A stretch of 64,000 bases of DNA, from NCBI GenBank assembly GCA_000708835.1, contig DF236960.1, forward strand, positions 25,807 to 89,806. The letters run 5' to 3'. The notes beneath the pieces were generated by a model. That model was not told the origin of the DNA. It made no database searches and worked only from the letters and a program-made list of their open reading frames with translations. A program made the position numbers and the translations under genes. The stretch is from Klebsormidium nitens (Eukaryota > Plantae > Klebsormidiophyceae). Positions 56,701-64,000 of the stretch are shown piece by piece (the stretch's first letter is position 1; each line of letters starts with the position of its first letter).

Positions 56701-59700
56701 GCTTGACGATTGTATGCTTGATCAGAGACCCGTGGTCGAATAAGGGTCAGAAAGGAACGCATCAACCACAAACGAGCCGAGGGTGAGGACTAACGGGTTA
56801 GAATCGGGGTTTGTCACTAACCTTCCCAGGGTTCATTCTGCTCCAGTGATTCTTAACCTCGCTGCGCGTGCTGTCCGGCATATGCTTCGCGATCGTGGTC
56901 CATCTGAGAGAAACCAGACTGTAAGTCGGGGCCTTGCTTCGACTTTGACCGGACTCTATTCTAGGTTCCGCTTCCGACTGTTTGATCAGGATCAGCAAGG
57001 CCAGCTCTGATTGATAATGCGTTGTTCAACCAGCCTCAAATCTGTAGTAAGTCACCGCAGAGACAGGGTAGTGCATCCCCGAAAAGCCTCTCAAGATCAA
57101 CACCAGATAAGGCGCGCTAAAAGAAGCGAGAACTGCGCGTCTTCACGGATGGAGCTCAGAGCTCTTGTCCAGAGACTCTTTCACAATTGGAGACGAAGGC
57201 AGGAACCGTCGTCTGGGAGCTCAATACTACGCGCGTCAAAGAGTATCTGGCAACGCCTTCGGGAGCCTTCAAACGGAACACAGACCTGGGCTAGAAATGT
57301 TTGGAGGGCGGAAGAATCTCAAAGGACCCGAGAGGCAGGAAGATGAACTCCAAGAAGATCCCAGAGAGCTTTTAGGTGTGACGTAGAAAACTCGAGAGGG
57401 TCCAATCGTCGAGTAAAGATGTTTCTTAAACGTATCGAAGGTTGAAATACATAAGCAAGAGCTCTAGTGAGGTCCAACATTTCTGAACACACGTCTTTTG
57501 GTGCAGCGGCTAAGAAAGTCGCTACGGTTTCGAGCACCCACTTGTCTCCGTACTGGCGGTGAAGCTGCTCTAGCTGCGCCTCCTCTTCCTTGGTCCAGGG
57601 GGCCTGTACAGGATTAACCCAGGGTTAGGTTCTCATTGGTTGAGGTAACCGGAGACCTCAGAAAAAATCGTTTAGAGCTTTAGGTTCTCGTTGAGCTTAA
57701 GCGGAGACCTCAAAAAGAATGCTTGGCTCTGGAGCTTTCCAAAGGCACACGGGCACCTTTCGGCGACCAATGGACCCGTCTATAACTGATCCGGTCGCCT
57801 TCATATTCACCTTCTGTCGTATCAAATTGACCACCAATTGGCGCACTTCTCCGACTAAATTTAGCTCCTTAGACAATCATCTCCTCTATATATTACTTTT
57901 GCACCCTGTCAATCCCGTTCCTAAACTCTGGACGCTGATGCCCTTCTTTGACAACCGTTTGCGTCATCGCTCAACTCCCACGCAAGCATTCCCTGACCCC
58001 CCTCAACCGTCGTAACCCATGCTTTCAGGAAACCTTTTGATCCGGCTTCGCTTCTTGAACCCGATCCCAAACCTTCACCTTTTTGGAAGCCAACACGAGT
58101 TCGTGCACCACCATTTGCGGCACTGCTCAAGACACCCATGACTCAACTCCTTCGTTTAAACCGCCTTAACCGTCTCTTTGACCCTGCTCCTAAAGCGTCC
58201 AGCTAATACCTTCCAAGCTCTTAACCCCGGTTTCAGACCCTCCCCTCCTCGAATGCCAACACAAGTTCGTTGATCACCGTTTGCGGGACTGCTCTAGAGC
58301 GCGCACGGACCCCAAACCCAAACCCTCCTAAACCCAAACTTTTCTTGACTTTCTCTCAAACCCCATCTCAACCCTGCTTGAAGTCATTGTTTACCTCTTT
58401 GAGCCCTCAACCCGCTTTCAAACCCTCACCTTCCTGACCGCCGACACGCGTGCGTGGTATAACCAGATGCCCCACTGCTCCATGAATCTAAACGCGTCAA
58501 TTCCAACCCATTTTGAAAGCTCCGCAATTTCTGGAAACGAAACCCCAACAACTCGTTCCTACACCCTCACCTGTTTGGACGCCGACACGAGTGCGTTGTA
58601 CCACCGGTTGCGGCACTGCTTCTTGGTTCGCCCCGGAAGAACTTGTGCGGCCGCCGCCCACTCCCCGAGACCGTGCTTGCCCACGAAATCGGTCAGCACT
58701 TCATCCTCCTCCTGCAAAATGATACAAAACGGTTAGAGGGTCAAGGGCTGAGGTTAAACGAGTCCTAAAGTTACCTCAGGGAGATTGGGCTTTTAGGTTT
58801 CTTGTTTCCGGGTTGTTGATGTTTAGGCTGATGCATCCCGACGTCGCAAAGTTGGTTCATTTCAAACACGGTCTTCAACGAAACAGCGAAGCAAGAAGCA
58901 GAATACCGAGTAGCTGCATATTTCTCGAGACCGTTCGTTTCCACAAAGTTGCTGAGTAACTCGCTCCTGCAATGCCAAGGGTATTGGTCAGCTGCTAGCT
59001 GTTCTGGATTCGACGTTCTGCATTCTTGAAAAGTCCTGTTTCAGAACGAGTCATGAATCGAGCTGGCCTATCGCTGGAGGACCGTTCGCCTCACAAGATC
59101 ATTCACCAACTCGTATTTCCCTTGTATTGCCAGCTAGATCTACTTTTCCTTTGCACTTATCGAATCTGACCGTTTCTTTCAAAGAATTTAGACTGATATC
59201 AGCAAGTAAAGAATTTGAAGCTAGCCACTCGTTCAAGTAATCTTTCCACGTGCTCAGCAGCTCAACCTTTTCTTGCAGAGCTTGAGAATCTTTGAGTGCT
59301 TTCTGGATCAAAACTTCCCAAGGTCAAAGGTGTCAGGGGTTTCTAAATCGAAAGACCTTGAAGGACCTGACAACCAGAGGAAGGATTCTAGTCAGAAGCG
59401 AAACTTGAAGGCCCATTCTCCGTTATGAATCGCTCAGCAGCTTGTTTCCTTCCTGCCACAACTGAAATCTAGAGTTTTGTGGTCATCAGAACTTGGGATT
59501 TTGTATTTCGACTTTGGGGAAAGGGGGCTATGCACAGTCCAGCAAGTAGAGATTGGGTCCCAGTAACCAAGCATTCAATAAATCTGTTCTTTCTTATGGT
59601 ATTGATCAGCAACTTATCTGTCCTCTTACAGGAGTGGCACACACGTATGTCACCAAAGCAACCTCCTACGATGCATGAGAGCTGACAAGGTCCCATTAGA

Positions 59701-60331
59701 GTTTGAGCAATCAGCAGAGCAGAAGCTTTTGGAGGCACTTTGCTGTGGCGCTTGATCAACATTTCGACCAACCGAAATGCATATTCTCCTCCTCAACAGC
59801 CACGAAAACTTGTCAGAGCTCAACTGGCTGGCATTAACTGAAGTCATGACTATGACCAAGGAGCAATCCACAAGGAACTCTCCTTCTCTCCGACATTCTG
59901 CTTGCTGTAAGAATGACGACACATCATTTCAACAACGACTACCTTTGGATCGTGTCTGGGATGACAGGCAGATTATCATAACAGAGCTGCTTCTGAGGAT
60001 CTATTTGTCAGGGCAGTCCCTTGCATTGGAAGTACTCAGCCCAGAGCTAGGCTTAACCGGACCAAAAATGGAGTCAAACTTTTGCATTTTCCCTGACGGG
60101 CGACGGCCAGCAGATGCTCAAAACATGAGCTATCATGCTAACCCAAACAGCGACAACCTGGGATATCCAACCTGAACTTCCACTTTCAGAACTCCTCACC
60201 TGAGTCCAACTTGGCCTTTTCGCTGGGGGGCTCCTCCTGGCAGCTTTTCCGCCCCCGCCTTGCTGCGAGTACTGGCTCGCCTCCCCCGCATTCCCAGTCA
60301 GCTCCGAAACCGTTACCCCTTCGGCCGCCAT
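53750..60331 (-). CDS. Two-repeat MYB transcription factor (c-Myb/atypical 2R type) with a long low-complexity C-terminus, ~925 aa
   Basis: Minus-strand exons 60331-60200, 58711-58571, 57603-57542, 56903-56822, 56110-53750; phases match. Repeat 1 WTQEEDEVLTDFVGKHGLGEWAAAAQVLPGRTKKQCRNRWYNAL; repeat 2 WTKEEEAQLEQLHRQYGDKWTTIAKHMPDSTRSEVKNHWS. The last exon runs in frame into the 701-aa ORF 53750-55855; an additional internal intron cannot be excluded. Confidence 0.85.
57920..58480 (-). repeat. Four donor-side echoes of MYB exon 2
   Basis: Plus-strand (G)CCGACACGAGTGCGTTGTACCACCGGTTGCGGCACTGCT (real 58583-58620) recurs in decayed form at ~58425-58480, ~58255-58295, ~58088-58130 and ~57930-57970. 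Confidence 0.75.
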
Positions 60332-60507
60332 TGCACTGAAAGTCGTCTAAGTGTGCCTGTTGGCGGCCTTCTAGCGAAGACACACCTCTACCCCATTTCC
60401 ACAGGCTTCATCTTCTAATGCGGGGTTTGAGTAGGACGATGATATCGATTGGTTGGATTGGAGGGAGGGCTGGTTTGCTCGTCTCGGATGTTGACAAGGT
60501 TATTGAC

Positions 60508-60666
60508 AATGTTGCCTGGCTAAGGGTTAAAGGTTGCTAAAATGACTAATGTGTCTGGCTAACGGTTTACGGTTGCTGGAATGTAATATGTTGCTTGGCT
60601 AAGGGTTCAGGTTGCTGAAATGTCTAATGTTTCCTGGCGGAGGATTTGACGTTGCTAGAATGCCTG
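60508..60666. repeat. Minisatellite, ~39-bp unit x4, upstream of the MYB start codon
   Basis: The unit (A/T)ATGT..CTGGCTAA(G/C)GGTT....GGTTGCT..AATG recurs four times, imperfectly. Confidence 0.8.
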
Positions 60667-63289
60667 ACGTGCTGAACGATCCTAAAGGGGTTTGTTTGGA
60701 GGGTTTTCACACTTTAGGAGGGGTTTGCTGGGAGCCAGAATGGTCTAGAGGCCTGTGACGAAAAAGGGTTTGAGAAGGAGGAGCCTAAGGCGTTCAGAAG
60801 CATTAAGGAGAGGTTTGACTCAAAGGTCGGCAAAGCCGTTGGCTATGTGGAGAGGGACTGAAAACCGGAGTGATCCAAGTTGGGGTTTGATCAACTCTGG
60901 AGGGTTTCAGTGAGTGGGTTATGCTCTTTCTAACGTACACAAATGCCTGTCGAGTCTCTAACTGGGGCGTAGGACACTTCAGGGGTTGGCGTTGGGTTCA
61001 AGAGCCGCTGATACAACGGCTACGTCTCGTAAACTAAATGGCTTAGCTGAGGTCCTTGATTGGCTGGGGCATGGAGGGTTGCGCAGGACAATCTAGCCGG
61101 TGCGTCTAGCAGTGCGACACTTACTTTATGTGTCCAGAAAACCTGCAAGTAGTCAGAAGACAGCGTTGTCAACAACGTCATGCATGCCGCACCTTGTTGT
61201 GACCATACACAAACATATTTGAATGACTTCAAATCAAGGAGGGTGAATGCTTGGGGCAGATGGTTTGCAATCTTCCACGAGCAGTGTTACTTCAAGCAGA
61301 GCTCAAACACACGTTTGGCGGGACCGACGCACGTTATTTTGGCCCTTCAAAAGGTGGTCCTCCAGAAACCAATACGAGATCAGAACCATGTATTATGAAA
61401 GTTCCACATTCCTGTAAACGAGCCGTGTACCCCTATATGCTATTTACCCCGTGTGCAAGGCTACGGTGATCCAACTCACCAGGTATCGCGTCCCCGTTAA
61501 ATTGGGTCGGAAACCCAATGGTCATCTGACGAGAACAGCTCCCAAGCAGACTGCAGAGCTGGTCGTTGACGGGGCGTCGGTGGTCAGGATTGCAGGGGGT
61601 GTGTTCTCTAAGCCTTCAATACCCCTGGATGAGAAATTCGGTGTCACCATCTCGGGAGGAGAGATTGAGGGTTCGAGAAGGGCTTGCTTGTCCAGGCCCT
61701 ACAAAGATACCTTGCAATGGCGACGCAGGCGCAGACTTTCTGTTTCATTTCGTTGTCAGGCGCCAGGAAATATGACACGCAAAATGCATAGATGCATGAT
61801 GCAACCTCTGAAGTGGATTCAAAGTGGTCCCTTGCATCTTACACCCAACAGTCTCTCTAAACTCGCATAAACCTGGCTCTGAACCTCAAATTTTACCCTG
61901 ACCGAAACCGCGACAAAACCCCGGTCTGCATGCTTCCCTTCTTGTGCAACATACTTGACAGAAATCCGCTCCGAGCGAGACACTGAAGCCAAACTTTCAG
62001 CAAAGAAAGCCCGCTCTAACTATCTTGCATGTTCCTGTCAATTACGACACACATTGTAGCCCCGCAATGATCACACCTGAGCACAAAGAAGCATACTGCA
62101 AACAGAATGCATCTCTCAGACCATAGTGGCGCCAGCTAGGCGCTCAGTAGCTTTATGTGAACCCTGGCGTCACGACAGGATTGACAGGATTGTGGCAAAG
62201 GATATGAGTGGTGTTTTCTGCAATGTTGACATTCGACAAGATGCAGCAAAGAAACGGACAGGCGACGAAAGAAACAAGCGGGTTCACAGCGCCTTTTGCG
62301 CTGGAAGCGGGTTCCAAGAGAAGGCAAACTTCAAATTTGTTAGTCACCCCAATTGCTTTTGAGCATTACCTTGAGATAACGGCTTGTCATCTGGCGCTAG
62401 CATCCCTTTGCTTCAACCATCGCTTGACAATCCCCACCGCTAGCATTCAGGACACAATGCTAATGTCCCACTCATGTGCCACTGTGAAGAGCGGAATCCT
62501 AGTACTCTTTCAGCTATTTTCAGTGCGTCGAACCCTTTGCCTCCTGACAACTGAATGAAGATGTCAAAGCCTCCTCTCCGCAAACTGACCACCCTTGTAG
62601 CATCGCTGCGGCTCTTGTCGAGTCCTTCTCGAAGGTCACCGCAGTGTACCAACCGCGCCCCTCGCGCAACTTGCGTCAAAAGCAAATCCTAGAATTGCAG
62701 CGCATTGAGAGAGCACCTCTAAACCACAAGGAAACCCTCATTCCACACCTTACCAAACTTTTATTGGGGGCCACCTGCCAAATCTAGCACAAGCAAGACG
62801 CGCATTCCCTCTCAGGCCTGAGTGTCCACGGTATTTTGCAGCGGTTACATGGAGGGTTTATCCTATTCCTCATAACCTGACAAGATTTGTTGCAACCTTC
62901 AAAATTGCTGCGGCCTGTATAGGTAGTATGCATTGCACCTTGTCTGCTCTGCTTTCCAATGACCAAGGGCTGAGGAGTCCCCCATCAAGTTTTGAGTACC
63001 TATACGGTATTCTACCGCATTACGAGCCAGTGTATGCCATCATTTCTGGAAACGCGTCGCTGCGCCAGGCTGTAAGTCACTATGTCTTTGTAAATAATTC
63101 AGTGCACTGACTGCACAGAAAAGAGCATCAAGAAGCGGCCTGTGAACCTCTGGAGTTTGAAGAGTCAGACGGAAGAGATTGCCGATTGCAGTTTTTGTGC
63201 CAGCCTGCTCAGTGCTGACAGTGTTGTGCAAGGAAGACTGATGACGCCATGCACCGCGCATGCTACCTAGTGGTGATCCCGCTATCCAA

Positions 63290-63704
63290 GGGGCTATTCA
63301 GACCAAAAGTTGGGTCACAGCTCCAAAATTGAGGTTTTTTGGCCATTTGCAAGGTACATTTCTCCGGGTCCTCGGTCCCAAATCTGGTGTCTTCAGACCG
63401 GTTCTAGGTTTCAGGGTAAAAATTTGGGTTCACTGCCACGTGGAAGCTGGGCGTCAACTGGATTCGCCGAGCGACGTCACGAATGGCACGGAGACCCAAG
63501 AACCGAAGAACCGAGAACCGAGAACCCGCCCGAATAGCAGGTTCACAGGTTTCGGCAATTTTCGAGAACCTGGGTCTCCGAAAAAAACCGAGAACCGAGT
63601 TCGGTCTGAATGCACCGTTCGGCAACTTGGGTTCCCGATCGCGACCCAGGTTCTCCATTTTGGCTGGGGAACCCGAAACCCTAAGTTCGGTCTGAATAGG
63701 CCCC
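63290..63704. mobile_element. Probable MITE with GGGGC-starting imperfect TIRs (PIF/Harbinger-like)
   Basis: The left end GGGGC-TATTCAGACCAAAAGTTGGGT and the reverse complement of the right end GGGGCCTATTCAGACCGAACTTAGGGT match at about 22 of 27 positions. Internal GAACCGA(G) subterminal repeats. No clean target-site duplication, so the superfamily is tentative. Confidence 0.5.
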
Positions 63705-64000
63705 AAGTAGCGTACTGGGTAAACCGTACCAACATCCGTACAGTGACGACATGAGGCACCTCGCGAGGATAGGTGATTGGCTGGAAGTCGAAAATCAATA
63801 AACAACGTCAACTTCGCACCAATAAACTGGTATCCAAACTCGACTTCGACGCCGATGCTTCCTGCTCACCGAGTCACACGGACTCACACTGGATGAATGT
63901 CACTTGAGGAGGTGACATTTTCCGAACATCGATCCGTCATCCACCACCGTACACTTGGGCAGCGCGAGATCTGCGAGGTGTCAGAGCGGCACTCGGCTAC

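Noticed and set aside
59099-59311. Protein-like 70-aa ORF (QKALKDSQALQEKVELL..) within MYB intron 1
   Set aside because: MYB exons 1 and 2 join cleanly (WTQ|EEDEVL). No domain match or convincing donor; it could be a decayed fragment, but it is not supportable.
60900-63250. Short ORFs upstream of the MYB gene as an additional gene
   Set aside because: No motif or phase-consistent exon chain could be assembled.

Overview
Intron-rich eukaryotic nuclear DNA. GC-rich third codon positions, GT-AG introns and the gene families present suggest a streptophyte green alga, perhaps Klebsormidium-like; that is an inference, not a verified identification. I assembled six spliced protein-coding genes by hand with phase-consistent exon chains: (1) the 3' part of a GDSL/SGNH lipase (+); (2) an STY/Raf-like kinase with a degenerate ACT-like region (+); (3) a two-transmembrane protein resembling DEG/ENaC or PAC(TMEM206) trimeric channels (-); (4) a ~1200-aa acidic RING-H2 + RNI-like LRR protein (+); (5) a 19-exon membrane-anchored hybrid histidine kinase, TM-PAS x3-HisKA-HATPase-REC-REC (+); (6) a c-Myb-like two-repeat MYB (-). 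Also present: a MITE with perfect 25-bp TIRs and TA TSD, a second probable MITE, micro/minisatellites and one assembly gap. The most striking unexplained structure is a window-wide pattern of 'exon-boundary echoes': degenerate tandem copies of a splice site plus 30-110 nt of the adjacent exon, at more than 20 coding boundaries across all six genes. The copies nearest the true exon differ from it mostly at synonymous positions (hand count about 30 synonymous vs 7 nonsynonymous codons), and two of them would splice in frame.
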